DNA of 64,000 nucleotides from Eledone cirrhosa. Taxonomy: Eukaryota. Shown here in pieces: positions 25,402-38,560 of this stretch. The notes beneath the pieces were generated by a model. It saw only the letters and a list, made by a program, of their open reading frames with translations, had not been told where the DNA came from and did no database searches. The first letter of the stretch is position 1, and each line of letters starts with the position of its first letter. The stretch lies in NCBI GenBank assembly GCA_964016885.1, contig OZ024743.1, forward strand, positions 172,980,001-173,044,000, written 5' to 3'. A program made the position numbers and the translations under genes.

Positions 25402-27369
25402 CAGGGGTCACCAAACCACAGCCCGCCGACGGTACTTGCATTTGCGTGATAAAACGGATGGAACACAAGATGTTTCTAATTCAATGTCTTTTTCATATCC
25501 AGATCCCGTTTTCTTCACCTTTTATTATGGCTACTAAGAAAAGAAAAGTGGCTGCCGAGTGTTGCGTTTTCAATGAAGAATGGGGAGTAACGTACTTCTT
25601 TGTGGAAACAAAGGACCAGAAAGCTAGTTGCGTGGTATGCAGCGAAAGTGTTGCTGTTTTGAAAGAGTACAATCTTCGGCGTCACTATCAAACAAAACAT
25701 CTATCAACATATTCAAAGTTTTCTGGAAAGTTACGCTCTCAGAAATATGAGTCCATGAAACGTGGTTTAGAAACTCAAAGAAATCTCTTCATGAGAAAGT
25801 TTGCTGAAAATGAATCTGTCACTCGTACAAGTTACAAAATAGTGCATAAGTTGGCAGAGCGAGGAAAACCGTTTACTGATAACAACTTCATCAAAGAGTG
25901 TATGATGGAAGCAGTAAATGACTTGTGTCCTGAGAAAGCCGATTTGTTTGGAAATATCAGCCTTTCGGCAAGTTCAGTTGTGCGAAGAACAGAAGAACTT
26001 GGAGAGAACATGGTGCTACAGATACGCGAGAAAGCTAGGAACTTGTGGTATTCTCTGGCGCTGGATGATTCTACTGATCTCTCGAGTACATCACAACTTC
26101 TCGTGTTCATTTGTGGTGTCAATTTGGACTTTCAGATAACGGAAGAGTTGGCATCCATTTGCATGGAACAACAACTGGAAAAGACATTTTCATGGAAGTG
26201 CAAAAAACTTTGCTGTGAACTTCATTGACATCAATCATCGTCAGTTCCAGGCTTTTCTTGAAGAAATTGATTCTGATTTCTGTGACTTGCCTTATCACAC
26301 AGCAGTGAGGTGGCTCAGCTGCGGTAAAGTCCTGTTTCATTTTTACAAGCTCCGAAACGAAATAGATGTTTTTCTCACTGAAAAAGATAGAGCTGATCCA
26401 CAGCTGTCAGATCCTACCTGGCTGTCAAAGTTGACATTTTTGGTCGACATCACATCCCACAAACTTGAAACTTCAGGGAAAGGATAACCTCGTCTGTGAT
26501 CTCTACAGAATCATCAAAGGATTTCGGAGAAAGCTGTCATTGTTTGAAGCACAACTCGAAGGAGAAAACTTCTCTCATTTTCACTGTTTCAAAGAGTTTT
26601 GCGCTTCAATTGCTGAAGATGTCGACCTCGATTTTCCTAAAAAGATTATTCGTGACTTGAAGAAGCATTTTTTTGAGAGATTTTCAGATCTCGACAGAAT
26701 TGAGAGTGACATTCTTCTGTTCCAGAATCCGTTTGATTGTAACCTTGATGATGTGCCAGTTGAACTACAGTTGGAGCTCATTGATTTGAGAAGCACAGAG
26801 AAGGAAATCTTGTTGAATTTTACCGTTTCTTACCTGATGTTGAGTTTCCGAAATTGAAGAAATTTGCCGCTGGTATGGCATCATTGTTTGGAACAACTTA
26901 TGTCTGTGAGCAAACATTTTCAAAAATGAAGTATGTGAAGTCAACACATCGAACGAGATTAACTGATGAACATTTGAAAGCAATTCTCTTGATTGGATAC
27001 AGCAATTCCAAACCAAACATTGATGATATCTTGAAAGTCAAACGTCAGTTTCACAAATCTCACTAACCTTTTTTGCTGCTTAGTTTGTAAGATTCGGATA
27101 TGTGCACACTAGGTCTGATGTAACTATATTTTTGCTAACGTCGCCTTCTTTGATAACTTTTTAGTAAATAAATATGTTGGTTGTCTTTGTTTTTTGTGCA
27201 TTGCACGCCACTTACCCATGATTAACATGGAATGCTAAACGTAGTGTTTCGTCTTTTTTCCCAGAGCTTTCTTTCTGGCTTGCAAGTATTGAACAGAATG
27301 ATTATGCGGCCCGCGCTCGTCATTCTTTCAATTATCCGGCCCACTGTGAAAAAAGTTTGGTGACCCCTG
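25402..27369 (+). mobile_element. hAT DNA transposon (Charlie/SPIN/GTF2IRD2-like), internally deleted
   Basis: 15-bp TIR CAGGGGTCACCAAAC / GTTTGGTGACCCCTG; 8-bp TSD ttctaaga/ttctagga; Zn-finger CVVC..RRHYQTKH, SLALDDSTD, VRWLS, FGTTYVCEQTFSKM. Confidence 0.93.
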
Positions 27370-27715
27370 TTCTAGGAGATGACAACTCAGGAAACTAGGA
27401 TAACTCCGACATAAAACCTGCGGCTCAGTAGTTACCGATGATGTTGATCTTTTCTTCTTTTCAGGTTATAGCTACTGTCGCTCAGAGAGTGGGATTTGCT
27501 CGGTGCACAGTCTCTCCTCACTTTAAAAAAATTCTTCATGCACAGGCATTGCACGATAGAATTAATTAATAATTATTAATAATGGTATATTGTGCAATGG
27601 CCATACTCGATAACGAGGGCGGAGCCATCATATATATGTATGCAAAAGGCAAACAGAAATAACAAAGCAAATGAAGAAATACATTTGTTTTGCGCTTGAT
27701 ATAGTAGGGAAAAAG

Positions 27716-27749
27716 TCTTACATTTCAGACGCTAGTCCTTCATCAGAAA
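27716..27749 (-). ncRNA. Minimal type I hammerhead ribozyme
   Basis: Minus: UUU-CUGAUGA-A-GGAC-UAGC-GUCU-GAAA-UG-UA^-AGA; short helix I with a GU pair. Confidence 0.6.
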
Positions 27750-28956
27750 ATAGAATGGAAAATTAAAGAAGAAATAAAAAGATTGGGGAGACTGGGCAAT
27801 AGCAGAAACGAAAAAAAAACCAGATCTATACTGGCGTGAGAGAGAAATAGAATGGTGAGAAGGGAAAAGTGGTAGTGAATTGTGGTATATTGGTGTAAAG
27901 CAAAAAGCTATCAGAAAGTCCAGTGATCTGAAAAGATTTCCAAGTGGAATTTCATGTAGAGTGCAGGTAAAAATCCAGTTCCAGGGTGAAAATCCAATGT
28001 AGGAATCTGACAAATTTGAGAGTCCACGCAGGTGTATATATATATATACACGCTACCCATTCTAGCGTGGAGGATGGACATTAAATGATGGCACAAAACG
28101 CCAGCACCAACAGTTTTGCAAGAGATGTCAACATGAATGGACCTGTTATTTTTATATAAAGACATTTTTTCCAATTCCAACCCGCCTGTCTCTTCAATCT
28201 ATCTTATTTCTCATTCTTTCTTCTGTCCGAAACGTTAAGACCCTCTTCCTGCTATATCAAGCGTTAACCTAATATATTCCTTCCATATACTGTACCGATT
28301 GTGTTGTTATTTCTGTTTACCTTTTACATATATATATATATGTATAAAAGGCAAGCAAATAACAAAATAAACGACACAGTACAATGAAGATAACTCACTG
28401 TTTCTGTCAACCAAATTCCACACACTGAATTAGTGAACCAGAGGCTTATAGTAAAAGACACTTGCTCATGGTGCTGCTCAGTATATCAAACATGGAACCA
28501 TGTAGTTACAAAGCAGGCTCCTCAACTATAGAATGGTTATTTATAATGTAATTTTCTTGAAGCCCGAAACGTTTTCTGGTTTGTGAAAAGGAACCGCTTT
28601 AGTGTTGCTAATATGATAGCCTACTCAATAATGTGGTCACTTAACTCTGCTCATGTCTTACCCTTATATTATTCAAATACTAGTTAACCTGATACTAACA
28701 AACAGTAGAACATGATTTCTTACCTATCAGGTCATAGTTGAAGGTATTTGTTCCCCACATTTATGTGTGTGTGGGTTTATATATATATATAGTTTATATA
28801 TATATATATAGTTGTGGGTTTATATATATATATATAGTTATACTTTGGGAGCATCATGCTGCCAATAAAAAGACATCCACCTGTTGATTTTCACTTCAAT
28901 TTATTATAAACTGTTAGTTGGTTAGTTTAATAACTGCTTGATTGTTTGTTTATTTA

Positions 28957-29004
28957 TTGTCAAAGCTCTTTCGTCACACCTTTCTGTGATCTCCTCAGTG
29001 ACAA
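28957..29004 (-). ncRNA. Minimal type I hammerhead ribozyme
   Basis: Minus: UUGUCA-CUGAGGA-GAUCACA-GAAAGG-UGUGAC-GAAA-GAGC-UU^-UGACAA; 6-bp helix I; AAUAAA immediately after. Confidence 0.75.
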
Positions 29005-29089
29005 ATTTGTTATTTTATGTCTCTCCTTTGTTTTGTCCTACGCCATCTTGTTTTTGTGAGCTGTATACTTGGGCTGCACATGTACACAG

Positions 29090-29431
29090 GACCGAGATCT
29101 CTGGTGTTACGCAGTAATACAGAAAAGCCAACTTCCTACGGGCAAGGGCCGAACTGAAGCATATATACAGTATGCTCCACCCCACCCTCCCATACATACT
29201 CCATGAGGACAGGCTAAAGTATGCATCCAGTGAAGCCCCCAGCCAACTGTAAAGTGGTTGTGATGGTGACACGGCAAAAAGCGCAAAGCCTGCACTGTAA
29301 ATGAGGTTGGCGTTAGGAAAGGCATCCAGCTGTAGAAACCAAGCCCAAATCTGTTCTGTATGAGCAAGACATGGTCACCTGTCGTCTAACCCATGCTAGC
29401 GTGGAAGAATGGACGTAAAATGGTGATAATG
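29090..29431 (+). mobile_element. Old RTE family A 3' end
   Basis: gaccgagatctctgg (DRDLW), GGCATCCAGCTGTAGAAA motif, cccatgctagcgtggaa...gatga tail. Confidence 0.7.
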
Positions 29432-29432
29432 A

Positions 29433-29645
<213 letters not shown>

Positions 29646-29860
29646 TGATTTAGTGTCATTGGTTGTTGTGAAAGGAGGAGGAAATAATAGCCTATGGGCT
29701 AATAATGGGATCATGCAAATGCTCTTAAAACATTTGTTTTTTTTATACCTGTTGAGACAGAAAAAAGTAGACAGAGATGCCTGATTTAGTTAGCTATTGT
29801 TATAGTTATCTACATTGTGGCAACTATATTTCCAAAAGTAATTTGTCTTAGAATATGTAA

Positions 29861-29980
<120 letters not shown>

Positions 29981-31301
29981 TAAGTACTGTGTTTATGTGT
30001 GTGTGTGTGTAATTGCTTATGTGTATATGTATGTGTACTATCTTGTCTTGTTGTTTAAGCCAAAGTCATCTGACAGATCAAAGGCATTTAGGCCAAAACA
30101 TCTTGAGTGTTTTACTCATCATTTTATTTGCACATTTCCATGCTGGTATAGGTTGGATAGGTTATTACTGATAAAGTCAGTGCTTATATCAGACCACTGT
30201 CCTCCTAGATGGGCCAGCCTTATTTTGCTTACATTCCAGTTTTAGCATGGTTTCTACAGAAGGGAATCCTAACACCAACCACTTTACAGAGTGTACTGGT
30301 TGCATTTTATCATGTCACTAATTCTTAACACAACTGAAGAGTTTTCTTGATCCCCCCCCCCCCCCCCCCCCGTTGATTTTGACGTTTTCTACGGTTGGAT
30401 ATCCTTCCTAGGGCCAACTTACTTTACAGGGTGTACTGAGTGCATTTTATAAAACCAGCACTAGAGAGGTCAAGAATAGTATACCATGAACTACATTATC
30501 CATTATGGTTCTTTTAAGATAGTATGGTAGTTTTTAAGGGAGATATGGTTGCTATTTCTAGCAGGTTGAAAGACTACAAAGATGGCTCCCATATTGTTCT
30601 TTTGCATTGCTTGTTCTTCAAGTAGGTTTCAAAATTAATTTAAGAAACTTTCTCTTTCTGCCACTTTTGTTCTTGATATGAAAGTTAGACTATTAGGATT
30701 GTTTCTACTTAGTCAAAAGAAGGGCAGCAATCTATTTGTGAATAAAGTAGAACTGTAAGACATGCCTCTGATCCTCAAATTGAAGAGCATTTATTTCCCT
30801 TATGTCTCTCACCAAATCATAAACTCCATGCACACCATAAAATTTATTCTGGTGTCAGCCATTAAAGTCCCCTCCCAATATAATGATAGCATTATTTGAT
30901 ATTGAGGTAGTCTTCAAAAGAACATCATAGAAATGGTCCATCTAGTCATTTGCAAGTTCAGATTGTCATGCTTTTACAAAAAAAAAATTATAGCAATTAT
31001 ATTATCCAAGACTAGTTTAAGCTTAATTATTGGCTGTGTCATCTGTACAGGGTGGAATAATAACCACAACATATTTTTCAAAAATATTGGTTTATTGGTT
31101 TTCTTTCCATGTAAGCGTGGAAAAGTGGATGTAAAAACGATGATGATATATATATATATATATATATAACAAGTAAGTATGTTTTGAAAGAGTGAACAGG
31201 TTTGAAATTAGAAAATAGAATAGCTTTCACCGTATTTTTGACTAAAGAAATTTTAGCCTGATAATGGGGTAACCCTCAGATAAATGGAAAAAGACGAGTA
31301 T

Positions 31302-31372
31302 TGACGTACATGGGAGTCGAAGCCACATCTTTGGTTATCCAGACCACTGTGCTACCATTACACCAACACATC
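31302..31372 (-). tRNA. tRNA-like gene/pseudogene, anticodon GGA (copy 1)
   Basis: Reverse complement of 31735-31805. Confidence 0.5.
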
Positions 31373-31474
31373 ACCCATCTTCCATTCAAATTAGAAGCTA
31401 CATTCTTAGCGAGTATAAATGACAAGTAAGTATGCTTTGAATGTAGCTTCTAATTTGAATGGAAGGAGATGGGT

Positions 31475-31545
31475 GATGTGTTGGTGTAATGGTAGCACAG
31501 TGATCTGGATAACCAAACATGTGGGTTTGACTCCCATGTACGTCA
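31475..31545 (+). tRNA. tRNA-like pseudogene, anticodon GGA (copy 2)
   Basis: Same cloverleaf with T-loop TTTGA and an anticodon-stem mismatch. Confidence 0.45.
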
Positions 31546-31734
31546 ATACTCGTCTTTTTCCATTTATCTGAGGGTTCTAAACCCTATTGTCAGGCTAAAA
31601 TTTCTTTAGTTAAAAATACGGTGAAAGCTATTCTGTTTTCTAATTTCAAACCTGCTCACTGTTTCAAAACATACTTACTTGTCATTTATACTCGCTAAGA
31701 ATGTAGCTTCTAATTTGAATGGAAGGAGATGGGT

Positions 31735-31805
31735 GATGTGTTGGTGTTATGGTAGCACAGTGGTCTGGATAACCAAAGGTGTGGGTTCGACTCCCATGTA
31801 CGTCA
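31735..31805 (+). tRNA. tRNA-like gene, anticodon GGA, short variable loop (copy 3)
   Basis: Acceptor GATGTGT/GTACGTC, D arm GTGT/GCAC, anticodon arm TGGT-CTGGATA-ACCA, T arm GTGGG-TTCGACT-CCCAT, T5 terminator 9 nt downstream. Confidence 0.55.
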
Positions 31806-31883
31806 ATACTCATCTTTTTCCATTTATCTGAGGGTTCTAAACCCCATTATCAGGCTAAAATTTCTTTAGTCAAAAATACGGTG

Positions 31884-31925
<42 letters not shown>

Positions 31926-31927
<2 letters not shown>

Positions 31928-32027
31928 GTGTATCAATGGAAAAATCAAGTTCTTTCATTTAAAAAAAACTATATTTATTCCCTTGGTTTTTTAAATGAAA
32001 GAAGTTGATTTTTCCATTGATATACTT
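31926..32027. mobile_element. Fold-back MITE-like palindrome (~41-bp arms) in (TA)n
   Basis: aagtgtatcaatggaaaaatcaagttctttcatttaaaaaa / ttttttaaatgaaagaagttgatttttccattgatatactt. Confidence 0.65.
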
Positions 32028-32060
32028 ATATATATATATATATTTAAGGCAATCCAAATC

Positions 32061-32171
32061 AGTATTTTCAAAATTTGGTCGGGTGTCAATTGTATTTAAA
32101 ATCGAGTGACGTAACATTCAGCAAACAGTGGCTTTTAGACGCACCGGACTAATGAAACATTTGTTAATACT
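32061..32171 (+). ncRNA. Degenerate hammerhead-like motif (core UUCAAAA, G5 lost)
   Basis: AGUAUU-UUCAAAA-U-UUGGUC...GACUAA-U-GAAA-CAUUUG-UU^-AAUACU, then AAUAAA. Confidence 0.45.
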
Positions 32172-32219
32172 TTGAATAAACCCTATTGTACAGCCGATCC
32201 GTCTTACTCTTCACTCATT

Positions 32220-32269
<50 letters not shown>

Positions 32270-32270
<1 letters not shown>

Positions 32271-32762
32271 CATCCTCATCGTTTTTACGTCTACTTTTTC
32301 ATGTTTACATGGGTTGGACAGGTCCTTTTCAACATAGCATCTCTCCACATGTCGCAATCCTTTGTCATTGCCTCTATGAGCTTCAGTGATTTGAAGTCAG
32401 CTCTCACAACCTCTGTCCAGGTCTTCCTTTGTTTTCCTCTACTGTGACTTCCTTCCACAGGCATTTCCTGGCACTTCTTCACCCAATGATCATTGTCCAT
32501 GTGCAAACCAATGCCGTCTTCTCTCCTGCACATTACCTCAAATTTCTCTTAAACCCAGCTTCTCCCTTAACTCAGCCAAGCTCTGCTTCTCTCTCACACT
32601 TACATTGCACATCCAACAGAGCATGGTTGCTTCGTTTCCTCCGCAGTCATAGCCCATGTTTCACTACCATGCATCATCGCATTTCGCACACAGGCGTAAT
32701 ACAGTCGTCTTTTTGTACGTAGGGAGAAACCTTTTGTGGTCAACAGTGAGAGTACTACTCTG
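32270..32762 (-). mobile_element. RTE family B 3' fragment
   Basis: KGFSLRTK, MHGSETWA, WVKKCQEMPVEG. Confidence 0.8.
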
Positions 32763-32904
32763 AAGGAAGGCAACCAGATGAAGAGTCCAAACTGAAACTT
32801 TAAAGCCATTGCCACTTTTCTACTTAGAAAATAAATTTCTACACTCTACACCCAGTATAGAGTGCTCATTCTGTTAATGTTTGACTGTTTTAAATACTAG
32901 ATGG

Positions 32905-33198
32905 CTCCATTGGTTATGACAAGTGTTCCAGTTGATCCAATCAATGGACTGGCCTGCTCGTGAAATTAAAGTGCAAGTGACTGAGCATTCCACAGGCACA
33001 CGTACCCTTAATTTAGTTCTCTGCGCGATTCAGTATGACACCAAACGTGACAAGGCTGGCCCTTCGAATTACAGGTACAACTCATTTTTGTCAGAGTGGA
33101 CTGGAACAAAGTGAAATAAAGTGTCTTGCTCAAGGACACAATGCACTGCCGGGAATTGAACTCACAACCTTATGATTGTAAGCCTTAACCACAAAGCC
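32905..33198 (-). mobile_element. tRNA-derived SINE
   Basis: Minus: B box GAGTTCAATTCC followed by GTGTCCTTGAGCAAGACACTTT body. Confidence 0.7.
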
Positions 33199-33863
33199 TT
33201 CACTATGGTATTTTCAACACATATTCTAAAATATTATATCATGATAGATTTTCAGTGTAGATTTATAACTTTAAATTGTTGGGACTTTAAACTTAAATTT
33301 AAGATCTTAAATTAAGAATTGACTTAAACCAAAATGACACATCCAACATGAAAAATGGACATATAGGTGATGGTTGTGTGTTTATATTAAATGACCAATC
33401 AATATATAATGCCATCAAAATGCAAGTATGTGTTGTGTGAGAAGGGCCATGGTTTATGCAGTCGAGACATAGGTGATGAATGTGAAGCAACAGAGATGAG
33501 CGGAGTATCACTGAGAGAGAGGAAGACAAACAAATTACAGAGGATGATGGAAATAGAACCATTAATGAATGTTGTGAAGAGAAATGGAATGTGATGGCTG
33601 GGTTTTGAGGAAGGATGAAAGTGACTGGGTGAGAGGAATGATAGAAATGAATGTGGAAGGAAGGAGAAGAGACTATGGAAGAAATGAAAGTCAGTGGATA
33701 GGGCAAAATGGTGAAGCTTGTCATGGGGCCCATAAGGATAACCCGTTTTGATAGGGATGATAGCTTCAAAATGTTATTTGTTTCTACTCCAATTTTAGAC
33801 CAACTCGTTAAATACACACATGGAAATAAATAAAATATATTTTGTTATTTTTTCTGTTTTCAG

Positions 33864-33876
33864 GTATGGACATTGA
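33864..33876 (+). CDS. RBX1: RING-box protein 1 terminal coding exon ((K)YGH*)
   Basis: Polypyrimidine tract, ttttcag|G TAT GGA CAT TGA; completes the AA|G codon and the canonical ...EFQKYGH end. Confidence 0.93.
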
Positions 33877-34030
33877 TGTGCACTTCATATGAATTCTGTT
33901 TTATATATTTGCCTCTTCCATTTCTGTATACCTATAAAAAATGTTAAATATATCTCAATCTGTTTTCTCTTTCTATCTCTCCACTCCCTTTACTTTCTAA
34001 GTCATTTTATGCTTCATATAAATTCTAAGA

Positions 34031-34036
34031 AATAAA
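34031..34036 (+). promoter_or_regulatory. Candidate RBX1 polyadenylation signal AATAAA
   Basis: First AATAAA, ~155 nt after the stop, with U-rich sequence downstream. Confidence 0.5.
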
Positions 34037-34265
34037 ACACGGAAAAGAAAAAAAAATTCAAAAACTAACTATATCCTATATTCTTTGTTCATAATTTTGT
34101 ACACCCTTTTTTTTATCAAGAGAGATTCTTGTATTATCTATTATTTTCGTTATTTTAAATGTGGTATTAAACATACACACTGATTTGAGATGTAGTTATG
34201 GTGCAGGCATAACAAGACAGGTTGAAGAAACCAATCTTGCTCATTACATTCTGTATTTGGCGGTG

Positions 34266-36081
34266 ATAGTTGCTGAAATGTTGAAGGTGTGGGACATACT
34301 GTGGTCACCCGGATAGTAAACCAAGTAAGTAATACAGAATGGGGTCATACCAAATGAGTGGCGTAACAGCATCATTATCAACTGTTACAAGGGCAAAGGA
34401 GATGCCCTGGATAGAGGAAACTATAGTGGTATTAAATTAGTTGACCAAGTCATGAAAGTCACAGAAAGAGTTATTACTCAACTGATTAGAGACCAAATTG
34501 ATCTAGATGAAATGCAGTTTGAGTTTGTGCCTTGGATGCTTTTTTCCTTGTACAGCAATTACAGAAGTGCCTAGCTAACAGTAAACCCCCTCTACTTAGC
34601 TTTTGTTGATCCGGAGAAGAACTTTGACAGTCACACACACCTTAATTAGGTGGGCTCTTGGGAAACTAGGAGTGGAAGAATGGCTTGTGAGAGCTAATCA
34701 AGCCATGTATAGAGGATTAGTCAGCAAGGTTAGAATTAACGATGAATATAGTGATGAATTAAGCATAATAGTAAGGGTTCACCAGGGCTCTGTTCTTAGT
34801 CCCCTCCTGTTTATTATTGTCCTACAGGCTATAACAGAGGGGTTTAAGATTGCCCATGGGAACTTCTATATGCAGATGATCTAATTCTCATGGCTGAACT
34901 AGAGAGGAAGTTCCAAACATGGAAGCATGGCCTAGAATTAAAAGACCTTAGAGTCAACTTGTCTAAGATTAAGCAGAAAGGAGAATAGGGCACAGGTACC
35001 CTCTGGGAAATGGCCATGCTCAGTGTGTAAGAAAGGAGTAGGCAGAAACTCCATTCTATGTCCCAAATGCTAACTATGGGTACATAAAAGATGCAGTGGG
35101 ATCAGAGGTAAGCTATCTAAGAATGTAGTTTTTATATGTGGCCGATGCTCAGGTGCAGTAAGTAGCAAGGACCCACTGGATGATATCTCCTTCAACTGCC
35201 CAGATGGTTCTCTAGAAATAGTAGACACCTTCCGTTACCTGAGTGACAAAATCAGCAGTGGAGGAGGGTGCTCTGAAAGTGTAGTAGCCAGAGTTAGAGC
35301 AGGATGGAAAAAGTTCAGAGAGCTAATACTGCTGTTGGCCACAAGGGGTTTTTCTCTAAAAATGAAAGGTAGATTGTATGATGCATGTATACGAACGGCG
35401 ATATTACATGTGAGATTTGGGCATCATGTGCTGAAGACCTACGTAGATTAGAAAGAAATGAAGCTTGCATGCTCCGATTGATGTGTAATAGCAATGTGCG
35501 CGAAAGGCGAAGCATAAACGAATTAAGAGGGAGACTAAACATAAGAGGTATCAAATGTGTTCTGGAGAGGAGATTGCGTTGGTATGGACATGATGCGTAT
35601 GAAGGACGACAGCTGTATAAAAAAGTGTAGGGCAATGAAAATTGATGGAAGCTACGGAGTGGGTTGACCAAGAAAAACCTGGGAGGAGGTGATAAAAACT
35701 GACCTTGTTCACTTACACCTCTCTAAGACAATGACACTGGATCGAGATCTTTGGTGCCATGCAGTTGTACAGAAGACCCGACTGCCATTGCATACAAACC
35801 TAGTCAGTAGGCACCTCTTAACCTAATGTACAACCTACCCCATCCCTTTCCCATTCCATCCACTGTGTCAATGACACAACAGTCCACACTGTAAGGTGGC
35901 CGTGTAGGAGACACGGTGAAAAGGCTCCCCAGTCCACACTGTAAATGTGGTTGGTGTTAGGAAGGGCATCCAGCTTTAAAAAACCTGCCAGAGACGCTTC
36001 TGTGCGAGCGACACATGGTCTCCAGACCATTCCCGCATCAAATGGAACAAAACCATCTAACCCATGCTAAACGATGATGAT
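34266..36081 (+). mobile_element. Degenerate 5'-truncated RTE family A
   Basis: [25 protein letters not shown] remnant, 3'UTR and GAT tail. Confidence 0.88.
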
Positions 36082-36825
36082 TATGGTTTGGATTCTATGA
36101 CTTAATTCCCTTACAAATGCCAATTACGTTACAGAATATGCTGGGTGTATTTTTCATGACACCATCACTACCACTTTACTGAGTGGAATGTGTCCATTTA
36201 TTGTGATACCAACAGTAACAATTTACGAGGTGTATTGGATATGTTTTATTTTGGTACCAGTACCAGAGAGGTTGTTACATGTTAGGTCAGCTCGGAGAGT
36301 CTTATGCAACCCGTGCGTGTTCCATTTTGTTTGCCAAATGCTATAGTCTCCTGTCGCAATGCTTGTACAAGAGGACAGGTTTTTTGCTCAGTTATATTTT
36401 AGGTCCTTCATGAGATTCAATTACTTTGAAGTCATTTTTCAGATCTTCACTCCTTATCTTCTTTGCTGTCCCTGTTCCATAGTTTCTATCTACTTCAAGT
36501 GCTGTGATTAAGGATTGAGATTGTCAACCACATCGTTTAAGGTTTGATACCACTGCATTGTACCTTGAACAAGTGTTTCTACTATATCTTTGGGCTGACC
36601 AGTGCTGTGAGTGAAATTTTGTTAGCAAAAACTAGAAAATGCAAGTATGTGTGTGTATCCTTGTGTCTGTCTTCATGGGTAGAATTTGTTTATGTCCAAC
36701 AGCTTGGCTGTATTTGATTTCAGAGCATAGAGAACCAGAACAAATACTGCAAGGCATTTAATCTGATGATCTAATGACTGCCAATTCATGGTTGAAGTAG
36801 TAACAAGAAAATTACTAAGTAGATA

Positions 36826-37522
36826 TGTAGCAAAATCTGTCCACGCCTTGAACCCTAGGTGACACCTAAAGGTCAAATTCTAGGTCAACACTTTTGGTGT
36901 AGACAGGTTGATGTGTTGACTATCACCTCAGAGTGGGAGACAGGAAGTGACAGCTATATATAGAGCCTGTACCATTCTACTTTGGCCAGATACATTGGAG
37001 CATTACACCTATAACAAACTATGTAAGGATTCACTGCTATCAATAGACCCCAATGGTCTACAGCCAGAGACATCGGAGCATTACGCTAGCAACTAACTAT
37101 GTAAGGATTCACTGCTATCAACAGACCCCATGAGGTCTACAGATACACACAGGGAGATTGGAGCCCTACTATTACAAGACCATGTACAAGCCGCAGTGGT
37201 CTACAACCAATTACAGACCATTCAGAGGGATACAAATCACTACAGTCTCAGAATTACTACCACGGACTCCAAATAACAACAGCAGCATTATCTGTTTGCT
37301 CGCTGTTTTCACATCAAAAACCATTATCAACTTTAACAACTCTTGGTAACTGTTTTATATGTACTTTTTAATTGATTCATGTGAAGTAAACGATATATAA
37401 ACCAAATCAATTATTCTTTATATTCTCGTTATTACATTTATTCTTCTTATTATTGTTATTTCATCTAATAACCGTGTTAATCCATTTAACAATTACTTAT
37501 TATACCCCTCGTTAAAGATACA
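36826..37522 (+). mobile_element. Possible solo LTR
   Basis: TGTA...TACA ends, TATA-like ctatatatagag, ~79-bp internal tandem repeat; no TSD found. Confidence 0.3.
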
Positions 37523-38560
37523 CATGCACACACAGCATGGCTCAAATGTTTGGATCTATAAAAAAGAGCCTTAACTCTATTGATACTAAACCGCACAAAA
37601 CTAGCTTTTAAAGGGTCTCTGTATAAGAAGCATATGTTTAGTTACTATCTTAGTAACAAAATGATTAATAATTCCACAAGAAATTCCATTAATTGAAACT
37701 AGCAGAAGAACTGCCCAGAGGGTGAATTGGCTACACATATTGACTGTTATGATTATGTGAGTGTTTGTGTAAATTATATTTATAATATTTATGTGTGTGT
37801 TTATTTAGAAAGATACATAAACAACAGAATTACAAACACAAATCCTCACATACATGTATATAACACACTTAGAAAAAATAATTATTACATACACACACAT
37901 CTATGTGATGGCTGAGGATGGTGGGGAGGGGTGAGAAACTAGAAGTCCAGCGTTCTAAGATTCATCACAGCTATGTGTTTGACAAAGGAACCAACCAGCC
38001 AACCAACAAATAAACATCTCTTTTTTTATATTTTTGATGGCATGGGGGCCACCTAGTAACTATATATAAATTTGAGTGACTTCCGTTACACATAGTCTGT
38101 GTGTGTAAAAGAGAGGAGGGAATACACACATATAACTTAAGAACGTCGACAATCACACATACACATACTATCCATTACCACTTTTGTGAAAGAGAAAGAA
38201 AAGGAAAAGTTAAAAAGTGTAAAGAATAAATAAAAAAATTATACTTCAATTTTTTTACCTTCCCATTCCCAATTTATTGAACGCTGTTATCATGCTGTGT
38301 ATGTGAATGTTTGTGTGAATGTGTCTGAGCGTTTATATATATACTAGCTGGCCGGTGCTTTAAAAAATGACAGCTAATTGTAATATGTATACATAATATA
38401 AAAAAAGAGATGTTTGTTGGTTGGTTCTTCTGAAAGTCGTCCAATTCTGTGTTACACTTGCTCTTGGATCTTGAAAATGGACATAAAGCCACCTTCATGG
38501 GTGACATTTGATTTCATAATTAGTCTCTTTACTATATATATATAATATATATATATATTA

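Larger units (their letters stand above)
31170..31886. repeat. 260-bp repeat unit: one inverted copy plus ~1.7 tandem copies, flanked by (TA)n
   Basis: 31170-31440 is the reverse complement of the unit; 31441-31700 and 31701-31886 are direct repeats; partial relative at ~15430-15594. Confidence 0.9.

Noticed and set aside
25380-27066. Domesticated GTF2IRD2/EPM2AIP1-like host gene
   Set aside because: Has TIRs, TSD, frameshifts and an internal deletion, so it is a transposon relic
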